Positions 19,320 through 28,746 of a stretch of DNA of 64,000 bases are shown piece by piece. A program made the position numbers and the translations under genes. The stretch spans positions 1 to 64,000 of the IMG/VR virus record IMGVR_UViG_3300020045_014031; one strand, given 5' to 3'. How positions within the stretch are numbered: position 1 is the first letter of the stretch; the number at the start of each line of letters is the position of its first letter. The notes beneath the pieces are model-generated. The model saw nothing but the letters and a program-made list of their open reading frames with translations. It was not told the DNA's origin and searched no databases. The stretch is from a virus.

Positions 19320-19930
19320 TTAGACCTTATGAAGTTACAGATTTTTGTAACACACATGATATTTCTGTGGAGGAGTTGTTATTGCTTCATAGAATTTATA
19401 CAAAACAGAAAAACTTAAAACAAGAAGTAAACTTTAACTTAGCTTCTGAATTATATCAAAAACAAAATAAAGAAATTCACGACTATAAGAAACTTGCTTT
19501 ATTACTTGAAGAAAAAGGTTTTATTATTAATGAAAATGAAACTAAAGATAAAATCTTAATTGCTAAATTAAAAGTTAGTGATAAATTTATTCAATCAATT
19601 TTTATTACTAAAGAAATTGCTTTTCAAGAAGCATTAAGTGTATATCCTAATTATCTTGTAGTAGAAGGTAAAGAAATACAAGCTAAAACTTGTAAAGAAG
19701 GTACTGCTTTTCTTGAAGAAGAATACTATAAAACAATTAAAGGAGGTGATAAATTTGAACACAATCGTTTTATTGAATTAACAAGCATTAATTTTCAAGG
19801 TAAAAAATATGCTAATGAGAAATTTATAACTTGGATTAAAAACTGGGGTATATTAGCTCCAATAATTGAAGAAAACATTAAAAAACAAGGTTCAAATAAA
19901 CAAGCTACTTATGGAAATAAAAGAAGATAG
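19316..19930 (+). CDS. putative replication initiator/helicase loader
   Basis: wHTH-like N-terminus, F.E....YP motif, position directly upstream of DnaB. Confidence 0.4.
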   Translation: MIRPYEVTDFCNTHDISVEELLLLHRIYTKQKNLKQEVNFNLASELYQKQNKEIHDYKKLALLLEEKGFIINENETKDKILIAKLKVSDKFIQSIFITKEIAFQEALSVYPNYLVVEGKEIQAKTCKEGTAFLEEEYYKTIKGGDKFEHNRFIELTSINFQGKKYANEKFITWIKNWGILAPIIEENIKKQGSNKQATYGNKRR

Positions 19931-21032
19931 TGAAGTAGTACCTATTTTTTTTGATGAAATCATTAAAGGTATAGAAAAAGTAAAAAATACTAAAATTAAT
20001 TTCTTACCTTTTTCAAATTTTAATAGATTTAAAAGAGATTGGTCAGGTATTTATAAATCAGATTATTGTATTATAACAGCAGGTTCGGGTGTAGGTAAGA
20101 GTAAACTTGCATTTAGTCAGTATGTATTTGAACCTTTTAATTTTTATAATAAAAATTCAGATGATATAGATATTAGAATTAATATTAATGTATTAGAAGA
20201 AGATAAGAAAAAAGTATTTTTATCAACTGTTTGTAACTTACTAAAAGAAAAAGGAGTTACAATTTCAGTAAAAGAACTTAAAGGTATTCCTGATACAGAT
20301 TCTATAACTAATGAATTAATTGAAAAAATTAAAGGATTAAGAGATTGGTTTGACTTATTTGAAAGAAAAGTTAATATTTATTCAAATAATACAACAACTA
20401 AACAAATATTTGATACTTCTAAGAAATTTTTAGATAATAACGGTAGTTTACATTGGATTACAGAGTATGAAGATGGAAAACAAGTAAAAAAACAAGTTTA
20501 TAAACCTAAAGATGACAAACTTTATTTTATTCATTTAACAGACCATATAGGATTATTACATCCAAGTAAAGAAGAAAAAAAGATATATGATGCTATACAT
20601 CAACACTCAGCTATTAATAATTTAATTTTAAAAAATACGTATCAGTGTCAAGTTGTAGATGTACAACAACAAGAAGGTACAAAAGATAAATTAGATTTTA
20701 ATTACAAAGGAGTATTAAATGAGCAAAAAAATAAACCTTCTAAAGATGGATTGCAATACAACAAATCAACATACGATAATGCTTCACAAGTAATTGGTCT
20801 TTACTCACCAGAAAAATACGGTATTGAATCATATAATGATTACAGTATATCAACACTTGGGGATAGTTATAGATATGTTGAAATGTTAAAATCTCGTGAT
20901 GGTGAAAGTGGAATGGGTATAGATTGTTTTTTTGAAGGTGCTGTAAATAAATTTTCAGAACTTCCACAAAACATGACAAATAGAGATTATGAAAAATTAG
21001 GTTTTAAAAATGACATTTATAAATTTGATTAA
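19911..21032 (+). CDS. dnaB: DnaB-like replicative helicase
   Basis: AGSGVGKS, DHIGLL, VQQQ, LKSRDG; first ATG at 19911. Confidence 0.85.
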   Translation: MEIKEDSEVVPIFFDEIIKGIEKVKNTKINFLPFSNFNRFKRDWSGIYKSDYCIITAGSGVGKSKLAFSQYVFEPFNFYNKNSDDIDIRININVLEEDKKKVFLSTVCNLLKEKGVTISVKELKGIPDTDSITNELIEKIKGLRDWFDLFERKVNIYSNNTTTKQIFDTSKKFLDNNGSLHWITEYEDGKQVKKQVYKPKDDKLYFIHLTDHIGLLHPSKEEKKIYDAIHQHSAINNLILKNTYQCQVVDVQQQEGTKDKLDFNYKGVLNEQKNKPSKDGLQYNKSTYDNASQVIGLYSPEKYGIESYNDYSISTLGDSYRYVEMLKSRDGESGMGIDCFFEGAVNKFSELPQNMTNRDYEKLGFKNDIYKFD

Positions 21033-21035
21033 AAC

Positions 21036-22641
21036 ATGGCAATAATAGTTGCAATAGTAGGAGACTCAGGAAGTGGTAAGAGTACTTCTATATTTAAAGA
21101 AGAAAAATTAGGTATAGAAGGTTTAAACCCTAAAGATACATTTATTTTTAATGTATCAGGTAAACCATTACCAGTAAGAAAAGGTGATATTTTATTTCCT
21201 AATGAAGGTAAAATATCAGAAACAAGAAGACAATTTAAAAATTGTGATGCTGTAAGTATTTCTAAATTTATGATAGATATTTCTGAAAAAGTTAAAGTAA
21301 TAAGAAATATGGTTGTAGATGATGCTCAATTTTTACAAGCTTTTAAATTTATGAGTACACTAAAAGAGAAAGGGTTAATTTCTTAGGCTCTTTTAAAACC
21401 TATCTAATTGACGGGAACACCCTTAGAGATTTACATACTAAACTATCATAGTAATATAGATAGTGGCTGAATTAATTACTCAGGTACAGTAAAAAATGTA
21501 AATATTGGACAATCCGCAGTGAAGTTTCCTTTTTAGGAAAAACATTCAGAGACTATCTCGAAAGAGAGTACTTAAAAATATTCTTAATATTTTTTGGGAA
21601 ACGGTAGGTAATTGATTTATTTCATATTAAATTTGGTTAAATTAAAATTTAATCAAATGGGAAAAATACCTTTAACAAGAGAAAACGGTAAAATATCTAA
21701 AGAATATAGAGCATGGAAAGCAATGAAAGCAAGATGTTATGCACCTTGCAATGTATCAATAGGAAACTATAATAAAAATAGTATAACTGTTTGTGAAAGA
21801 TGGTTAAATTCTTTTATTAATTTTTTAGAAGATATGGGAAAAGCACCTGATGAAAATAGTACTTTAGATAGAATTAATAATAGTTTAGGTTATTCACCAG
21901 AAAATTGTAGATGGACTGATTGGAAAACTCAAGCTAATAATAAAGAAAATAATTTAATATTTATATATAACAACGAAGCTCATACTTTAAAGGAATGGTC
22001 AAAAATACTAAATATAAAATATACTACTTTATATTTAAGAATAACAAAAAATAAATTGACATTTGAAGAAGCTATACAAAAAGACCCTTTTAATAAATTA
22101 ATAGAATATAAAGGAGAAAAAATGAGTTTAAAAAATTGGTGTATAAAATTAAATTTACCTTATCAACTTATAGTAGGTAGAAAATATGAAGGTTGGAGTA
22201 TAGAAAAATGTTTTGAAACTCCGTTTAAAAATTAATTAAAGATATAGTCCACCTTATACTGAAAAGTATAAGATTCGTGTTGAGAAATTTAATGATATTG
22301 GAGCAGTAGGGTTTAATCCTGTTAGACAAGCAATGACAATACCTGATGAAGATTTAGTTATTTTTTTTATTTATCATTCAGAAACAGATAAGAAAGGTAA
22401 GGAAAAAATTAAAACAGCAGGGCAGTTAATTGACCAGTACGTTACAATGGAAGGTTTGTTTACTACTGTATTATATGCTGAAAGTGAATTTAATCCTTTA
22501 ACAAGTAAAATTGAATATTTCTTCAAAACAAACTCTGACGGAAGAAATACAGCAAAATCTCCTTTTGGTATGTTTGATGATTTAAAAATACCAAACGATT
22601 TAGGATTAGTTGCAAAAAAAGTTAGAGAGTATTACCAATAA
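21036..22641 (+). CDS. AAA_24/Sak4-like ATPase (recombination), spliced (exons 21036-21375 and 22280-22641, 233 aa)
   Basis: GDSGSGKS, VVDDAQF; splicing restores KEKGFEKF; KTAGQLID, EGLFTTVL, AKSPFGMF, IPNDL. Confidence 0.88.
21376..22279 (+). mobile_element. group I intron in AAA ATPase gene
   Basis: P1 AAAGGGT/GCTCTTT, P10 TTTCTTAG with exon 2, P AATTGACGGGAA, Q AATCCGCAG, R TTCAGAGACTA, S AAGATATAGTCC, terminal G 22279. Confidence 0.93.
21657..22235 (+). CDS. intron-encoded HNH-type homing endonuclease
   Basis: WKAMKARC, ITVCERW, TLDRINNSLGYSPENCRW, tandem C-terminal IxY.GE..TL..W repeats. Confidence 0.85.
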   Translation: MGKIPLTRENGKISKEYRAWKAMKARCYAPCNVSIGNYNKNSITVCERWLNSFINFLEDMGKAPDENSTLDRINNSLGYSPENCRWTDWKTQANNKENNLIFIYNNEAHTLKEWSKILNIKYTTLYLRITKNKLTFEEAIQKDPFNKLIEYKGEKMSLKNWCIKLNLPYQLIVGRKYEGWSIEKCFETPFKN

Positions 22642-22654
22642 TAAGTAAAAGAAA

Positions 22655-22690
22655 TTTGCTTATTAATAAAAAAAGATGTAAATTTACATC
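22655..22690 (+). promoter_or_regulatory. putative promoter with overlapping 16-bp palindrome
   Basis: TTTG-N20-TAAATTTA; GATGTAAATTTACATC at 22675-22690. Confidence 0.5.
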
Positions 22691-22743
22691 AGATAACAAC
22701 AAGAAAAATAAATAAATAATTCATAATTAAAACAACAACAACA

Positions 22744-23358
22744 ATGTCTATTTCATTCGCAGGAATCTCATTTGAGAAAACAATCAACACAAGAGTAAAT
22801 TCAGTAGTTAAAGGAGAATCTACTACATCAAGAGTTTATTCACCTCTTACAATTACAGTAACAGAACATACAGACAAAAAATCAGGTGTTACTTCTTTAA
22901 AATCAATGTTTAAAATTTCAACAGAATATTCTGAGAAATTAAATATTAATGGTTTAGTAGGTGATATTCAAGAGGGAAAATCTGTTTTAGTAATGCACCC
23001 TGAGTTAGAAACACTGAAAGGTAAGATTTTCTGTTTTTCTGAAAAAGGAAAAGAAGATAAACAAAAAAGTAGATTATTTAAAGCAGATGCTTTATTAAAA
23101 AACTTAAAAAATGAAGGTTTAGTATCTTCTGATTTTGGTTCTGAAAAAGGACAAAAAATTAACTTAGGTTTAAAAGATATTTCTTCTGAAATTGAAGGTT
23201 TACCAGAAGGATTTTTCGCATGGAAAGTAGTTGCTTCTGATTTACCAGTAGAAAAAACAGAAGATAAAGAAGTTACACCAACAGTACAAGAAACTGTTGT
23301 AACTCCAGTATCAGAAGAAGTTGAAGAAGAAGATATTAAAGATGAAGATTTGTATTAA
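22744..23358 (+). CDS. hypothetical protein with acidic tail, probably abundant
   Basis: own promoter and terminator, optimal codons, EEVEEEDIKDEDLY tail. Confidence 0.8.
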   Translation: MSISFAGISFEKTINTRVNSVVKGESTTSRVYSPLTITVTEHTDKKSGVTSLKSMFKISTEYSEKLNINGLVGDIQEGKSVLVMHPELETLKGKIFCFSEKGKEDKQKSRLFKADALLKNLKNEGLVSSDFGSEKGQKINLGLKDISSEIEGLPEGFFAWKVVASDLPVEKTEDKEVTPTVQETVVTPVSEEVEEEDIKDEDLY

Positions 23359-23396
23359 TAAAAATCAAAACGTAAATTAAGGGTCGTTCCTTAAAT

Positions 23397-23431
23397 AAAG
23401 AGAAAATTATTTGATAATTTTCTCTTTTTTT
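23397..23431 (+). terminator. intrinsic terminator (overlaps putative promoter TTTG-N19-TATATTTA, 23410-23440)
   Basis: AAAGAGAAAATTAT/ATAATTTTCTCTTT stem plus T run. Confidence 0.75.
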
Positions 23432-23511
23432 GTATATTTAAGAATCTGTTTCTATTTTAAAAACAGTAATAACTAAAAATAATTAAAAATAAACAATTTA
23501 AAATTAATAAT

Positions 23512-24132
23512 ATGTATAATTTAGATGATGCTAATGAGGTTGTACAAGGTGGTCGTATTCAACCAAAAAACAAGAAACAAGGATTTAATAAAGGTATTTT
23601 CCTAAAAGAAGTGGAATTTACAAAAAGTAAAGCAGATAATGATATTGTAATTTTTACATTTGAAGATAAAGATGGTGATTCATTTACACACTTAGTACAT
23701 GACCCTGCAAATGGTGATGAAAAACAAGTAAAAAATAATCTTGTTAAGTTTAAACATTTATACGGTGCTTTTATTAGTTCTCCTATTATTGAAGTTAAGA
23801 ATGGTAAAGGTAAAACTGTAAAAGTAAAACAATGTTTTAATAATATTAAAGCTAACACTTTTCAAGAATTACATGAATTGTTTTACAAACAATTTGTACC
23901 TAATTTTCAAAACTTAGAATTGACATTAAAAATTACATATCCTAAAAAAGGTAATTATGCTCAATTTCCATTATTTCCTCCTTTTATTGCCTCACCATTA
24001 AACGATAAGTTAGACAAGATTGATTCTTGGACTTGGGATTCAAAATATGATTTTGATGAAATTCAAGAAACAAATGATGTACCAGATAGTGAAAGTGGAG
24101 GAGGAAGTAGTAGTGAAGAACCAAGTATTTAA
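23512..24132 (+). CDS. putative single-stranded DNA-binding protein
   Basis: OB-like beta pattern, acidic flexible tail, between recombinase and primase. Confidence 0.55.
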   Translation: MYNLDDANEVVQGGRIQPKNKKQGFNKGIFLKEVEFTKSKADNDIVIFTFEDKDGDSFTHLVHDPANGDEKQVKNNLVKFKHLYGAFISSPIIEVKNGKGKTVKVKQCFNNIKANTFQELHELFYKQFVPNFQNLELTLKITYPKKGNYAQFPLFPPFIASPLNDKLDKIDSWTWDSKYDFDEIQETNDVPDSESGGGSSSEEPSI

Positions 24133-24152
24133 TATTTAGTATTTTAAAGTAT

Positions 24153-24185
24153 AAAGCACTGTTATTATTTATAACAGTGCTTTTT
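24153..24185 (+). terminator. intrinsic terminator
   Basis: AAAGCACTGTTAT/ATAACAGTGCTTT stem. Confidence 0.8.
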
Positions 24186-24201
24186 AATTTTATTTTATTG
24201 T

Positions 24202-25194
24202 ATGGAGTTTACTTTAACTAAAGAAGATATTTTAAAAGAAGTATCAGAAACAGATATATTTAACTATTATTTAAAAGAATATTATATATCAGTAGATTTT
24301 AACAATAGATATGTTTCTCCATTTAGAAATGATAACAAGCCTGATTGTAGTTTTGGTTATTCTAAAAAAGGTAGTTTAGTATTTAATGATTGGGCATACA
24401 ATATGTACAATTGTTTTGATATTGTAATGAAAAAATACAATATTAATTTTGGTAAAGCTATTAGAAGAATAGAAGCTGATATTCCACATATAAAAAGAAA
24501 AGATTTTGATGTAAGTGGTATAAAAATAAATAAGACAAATAAGCCTTCTAAAATAAATGAGGAGAATCCAATACGTATCAAACGAAAATTATATTCTAAA
24601 AATGATTTAAAGTTTTGGAATGTTGAAGGATTAAACATAACTCCTAATTTATTACAAAAGAATAAAATTTATTCAATAGAATGTTATTGGGTTAATAATG
24701 TTCATTTTAGAGTTAATCATATAGGATTTGCTTATCATTGGGAAGATTTTAATTATGAAATATACTTACCTTATAATGACGGAGTATTAAAACCAAGATT
24801 TTTAATATCACCTAAGTTAATAATAGGTGATGAAGAATTTTTACCACAAACAGGAAATCATTTAGTAATAACTAAAAGTAAAAAAGATGCTTTTTATTTA
24901 AGATTATTAGGTGTTAATGCGATATTTATAGTAAGAGAAAAGATGATTATTGATGAATTTACAATGACATTATTTCAAGCAAGATTTACTAATATATTTA
25001 CATTATTTGATAATGATTTAACAGGTATTATTCTTACTAATAAATATTACAAAAAATATAATACAATTCCCTTATATTTTAGCAGGCTCGAATATAAAAA
25101 AGATTTCACTGATAACTTGAAATTCTTTGGTGTACAATGTATGTTAGAATTAATACAAGAAATAAAAGAACAATATGAAATTAACAATTGCTGA
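24202..25194 (+). CDS. DNA primase (TOPRIM, crAss-type)
   Basis: SPFRNDNKPDC, VITKSKKD, LFDNDLTG, KKDFTD. Confidence 0.85.
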   Translation: MEFTLTKEDILKEVSETDIFNYYLKEYYISVDFNNRYVSPFRNDNKPDCSFGYSKKGSLVFNDWAYNMYNCFDIVMKKYNINFGKAIRRIEADIPHIKRKDFDVSGIKINKTNKPSKINEENPIRIKRKLYSKNDLKFWNVEGLNITPNLLQKNKIYSIECYWVNNVHFRVNHIGFAYHWEDFNYEIYLPYNDGVLKPRFLISPKLIIGDEEFLPQTGNHLVITKSKKDAFYLRLLGVNAIFIVREKMIIDEFTMTLFQARFTNIFTLFDNDLTGIILTNKYYKKYNTIPLYFSRLEYKKDFTDNLKFFGVQCMLELIQEIKEQYEINNC

Positions 25195-25507
25195 TATTAC
25201 ACATTATAAATCAGGTATTATACAAATTGTTGTAGAAATAAAATCTAATGATAAAGATTATGTATGTACTTGTAATTCAAGAGGTAGTTTACAAATAAAT
25301 TTTAATAATAGATTAATTATATTTAATACAAGTGTTTTATTAGATATTAAAGAATATTATTTAGTTACTAATACCATTAATCACGCTAATATAACAACAT
25401 TTTATATATTTCAACTAACACCTTATAAACTATTAGGTAAACCAAACTTTAAAGAAAGAATAAAAAACTTAAAAAACAAGAATAATGAAATACAAAACAA
25501 AAGTTAA
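25175..25507 (+). CDS. hypothetical protein
   Basis: 110-aa ORF. Confidence 0.65.
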   Translation: MKLTIADITHYKSGIIQIVVEIKSNDKDYVCTCNSRGSLQINFNNRLIIFNTSVLLDIKEYYLVTNTINHANITTFYIFQLTPYKLLGKPNFKERIKNLKNKNNEIQNKS

Positions 25508-25623
25508 AATTATTAAATTATGGGATAAAACAAGAAAAATAAGAGATTTTATTATAATAAATATTTTATTTATTATAAGTATAGTAACTTGTCACTTTAT
25601 TTATGTTTTTATAGAAAAATGTT

Positions 25624-26391
25624 ATGAAACTTGTAAAAACATTCTTGTTCCCTAATTACCCAACAAAGATAAAACTTAGTGAAAAACAAAGAACTAAATA
25701 TTATATTTTTGGTAAAACAAAACTACTAAAAAAGTTCTTAAAAAAGAATATAGAAGAGGTAAAACAAAACGGAGAATTTATATATTATAATCAGTTTAAT
25801 AGAAAATTAAATAAAGATGAAATATTAAATCTTCATTATCAATGGATTCCTTATAAAGGAGAATACAGATTAGTAGATAATAATGCTAATTTAATGATTT
25901 CTAACTCTACTAAAGCAGGGTTACCTAAGTTTAAAGTAATAAACGGACAAGAATTACACCAATTAACAATACTACCACAAATTAAAAACAAAATAGTAGA
26001 TTTTTTAAAAGATTACTTTATTACAAATATTAAAAATCAAGAAATAAACAAAGATAAAATAAAATATCCTATATTTATACATTATATATTCTTCTTAAAA
26101 GAGTTAAATAGTGATATTAATAATCATTCTTTATTTTATGAAAAAGTATTTAGTGATATAATACAAAACAAAATGTTTATATCAAGAGGTAATAGTGTAA
26201 TTAACAAAGTAGGTTTTATTGAAAATGATTCAATAGAATTTAATGCAGGTTTTTCAATATTATTTGAAAAATTACCAAAAGAACATTTATTAGATACTTG
26301 TTTAATGATAAAAATATTTAACAAGGAAGAAACAATTTACTTAACAGAATTAGATAATAAACTTTTAAACATGGAGTTAGGGCTTCATTAA
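25624..26391 (+). CDS. RusA-like Holliday junction resolvase
   Basis: DINNH...KVFSDII...IENDS resembles D.DN..K...D...I.DD. Confidence 0.5.
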   Translation: MKLVKTFLFPNYPTKIKLSEKQRTKYYIFGKTKLLKKFLKKNIEEVKQNGEFIYYNQFNRKLNKDEILNLHYQWIPYKGEYRLVDNNANLMISNSTKAGLPKFKVINGQELHQLTILPQIKNKIVDFLKDYFITNIKNQEINKDKIKYPIFIHYIFFLKELNSDINNHSLFYEKVFSDIIQNKMFISRGNSVINKVGFIENDSIEFNAGFSILFEKLPKEHLLDTCLMIKIFNKEETIYLTELDNKLLNMELGLH

Positions 26392-26395
26392 AAAC

Positions 26396-27016
26396 ATGGC
26401 AACAATTTTTGATATTGAAAGAGATATTTTAGATGTTATATCTCAACTTGAAGAAAACGAAGGAGAAATAACAGATGAGATTGAGGAAATACTTAACATT
26501 AATAGAGATGAATTAAAAGATAAGTTAAAACAATATAGTTGGGTTAATAAAAAAATTAATTCAGAAATTGAATTAGCAAAATTTGAAATTAAAAGATTAC
26601 AAGGGTTAGTTAAAAGAAAAGAAAAAGCAATTGAAAAATTAGATGAGTATTCTGAAAAAGCAATAGAGCTGTATGGTTTAGAAAACGGTAAATCTAAAGC
26701 TAAAAAGAAACCAAAAGAAGTTGATTTAGGTTTAGAGAAAGCTGTTTTATCATATACAGAAGCAGTAGAAATTACAGTAGAACCAAAATCAGTAGCTGAC
26801 ATACCAGAAGACTTGCAATCATTTACCATTGTAGAAATTACAAAAAGTTACTTATATGAAGATGCTGTTAAACAACTTTCTAAAGAAAATCAAAATAACT
26901 TACCTAAAGTAACTTTTAATATTAGTAAAAAAGAATTAAAAGAAGAATTATCAAAAGAAGATAATAAAATTGAAAATGCTATTATAAAACAAAATTCAAA
27001 TTTAAAATTCAAATAA
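26396..27016 (+). CDS. siphovirus Gp157-like (Gam-like) coiled-coil protein
   Basis: EENEGEIT, K.EIKRL, ISKKELKE.L, NAII..N.NL. Confidence 0.75.
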   Translation: MATIFDIERDILDVISQLEENEGEITDEIEEILNINRDELKDKLKQYSWVNKKINSEIELAKFEIKRLQGLVKRKEKAIEKLDEYSEKAIELYGLENGKSKAKKKPKEVDLGLEKAVLSYTEAVEITVEPKSVADIPEDLQSFTIVEITKSYLYEDAVKQLSKENQNNLPKVTFNISKKELKEELSKEDNKIENAIIKQNSNLKFK

Positions 27017-27024
27017 ACAATATT

Positions 27025-27570
27025 ATGGTCTTTAATTATGAAACATTAAATGAATCTTTAGTTGGGTTAATTAAAGATTGTAATATAGTAAACTGCCAAT
27101 ATGCAGATATTAATACTACTAATAATTTTTTTCTTTTAAGAAAAAAAGGATTAATAAATCCTGTAAAAAGTTATTTAATTACTGTTGAGTTATCTAAAAT
27201 TACAATGTCAATAGATAATTTATACAGTAAAATAAAAACATTACTTGAAGTAAGTAATGTAACTTATAGAATTTATGACAGTAGTATTAATAAAACAAAA
27301 AACAATATAAGTTTTATATTAGTTCCTTATTTCATTGATGAAATAAACATTAATGATAGAAGAGTTTTAAGTTCTATAATGGGTGAGTATCATGTTTTAA
27401 ACACTCGTGTAGAATATGATTTAACAGAAAGAAATGCAATTATTGTTGATTTTACATATCGAAAAGATTTTGAAGATTTAAAGAATTATTTGAATAAAAA
27501 ACATTTAGACTATAAAGCTTTAAAATGGATAACTAAAAGTAAACTTTTATTAACAATTAAAACAACATAA
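27025..27570 (+). CDS. hypothetical protein
   Basis: 181-aa ORF. Confidence 0.7.
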   Translation: MVFNYETLNESLVGLIKDCNIVNCQYADINTTNNFFLLRKKGLINPVKSYLITVELSKITMSIDNLYSKIKTLLEVSNVTYRIYDSSINKTKNNISFILVPYFIDEININDRRVLSSIMGEYHVLNTRVEYDLTERNAIIVDFTYRKDFEDLKNYLNKKHLDYKALKWITKSKLLLTIKTT

Positions 27571-27573
27571 AAT

Positions 27574-28464
27574 ATGGCACTAATAGGAATATCAGGAAAG
27601 AAAAATTCTGGAAAAGATTTAGTTTATAATATAATTAATTATTTATATATAAAATATAAATATCCAAACATATATAAAGCTTATTTTTTAGATTTTGATA
27701 TGTATTTAGAACACAGAAAAAAAGATAAAGTAAGTTGGTTAGGGTTTGAAAACATAAAATTTGCAAATAAATTAAAAGATATAGTTTGTCTTTTAATTGG
27801 TTGTACAAGAGAGCAATTAGAAGATAGAGATTTTAAAGAAAAAGAATTAGGAGAAGAATGGAGAAGATGGTATTGGTCATACTATAAAGTTTCAAGTGAT
27901 TTTAATACTAAAGGTAAAATATCAGGTTATTTTAATTCAAAAGAAAAAGCTGAGGAAGGTAAATCTGACTTTAAAGAAATTCTTTATAAATCAGATAATT
28001 GGGAATTAAAAAGTGAAATACTAACTCCAAGAATATTACTTCAAGAAATAGGTACAGATTTATTTAGAAATCAATTACATTCTGATATTTGGGTTAATAG
28101 TGTTTTTAGTAATTATAAAGAAATTAATAAAAGCAAAAATAAACAAAGTGGAGGATTAATTCCTATAAAAGAATATTACAAAGATTTACCTAATTGGATT
28201 ATTACTGATTTAAGATTTAAAAATGAATTAAAAGCTATTAAAGATAGACAAGGTATTACTATTAGAATTAATAGATATACAGATAATGTTTTAATTAATA
28301 ATGATGTTCATGCTGTAATTGATTGGCAACATCCTTCTGAAACAGAATTAGATAATGAAACTTTTGATATTGTATTAAATAATGATGGAACAATAGAAGA
28401 GTTAGTTGAACAAGTAGATAAAAAACTATTTAAAAATGATGTATTCAGAAATTTATTATTATAG
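27574..28464 (+). CDS. deoxynucleoside monophosphate kinase
   Basis: GISGKKNSGKD, FANKLK, TPRILLQEIGTD, ITDLRFKNE, HPSETELD. Confidence 0.9.
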   Translation: MALIGISGKKNSGKDLVYNIINYLYIKYKYPNIYKAYFLDFDMYLEHRKKDKVSWLGFENIKFANKLKDIVCLLIGCTREQLEDRDFKEKELGEEWRRWYWSYYKVSSDFNTKGKISGYFNSKEKAEEGKSDFKEILYKSDNWELKSEILTPRILLQEIGTDLFRNQLHSDIWVNSVFSNYKEINKSKNKQSGGLIPIKEYYKDLPNWIITDLRFKNELKAIKDRQGITIRINRYTDNVLINNDVHAVIDWQHPSETELDNETFDIVLNNDGTIEELVEQVDKKLFKNDVFRNLLL

Positions 28465-28696
28465 AATAGCTGTTCATTTTAGAGATAAAAAGAAACCTAC
28501 TTATTATAAGTATCATACAAGTTTTTTACCTCATACATATAGTAATGATGTATTTAAAGAAAAAATAAAAAAGAAAATAACAAAGTATTTTAAAAATAAA
28601 ACAGAAAAGAAACATTTAGTTAAGTTTAAAGAAATAACAAAAGAAAGATATGAAGAATTACCTTATTGGTCACTTCAAAGACAAATTTTACTTTAA
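28436..28696 (+). CDS. hypothetical basic protein
   Basis: 86-aa ORF. Confidence 0.6.
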   Translation: MMYSEIYYYRIAVHFRDKKKPTYYKYHTSFLPHTYSNDVFKEKIKKKITKYFKNKTEKKHLVKFKEITKERYEELPYWSLQRQILL

Positions 28697-28746
28697 CTAT
28701 CGAGCCTTCTATTATTTTAGAAGGCTCATTTTTATTTAAAACAACT

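Noticed and set aside
11092-22641. Split polB and AAA genes as pseudogenes, inteins or stop-codon recoding
   Set aside because: Complete group I intron cores and in-frame splice junctions explain both; multi-kb ORFs are intact in the standard code, so no TAG/TGA reassignment is needed
28666-28746. N-terminal 27-aa extension of rIIA from the ORF track
   Set aside because: Non-ATG start inside the upstream gene running through the repeat hairpin; ATG 28747 has the usual A-rich leader
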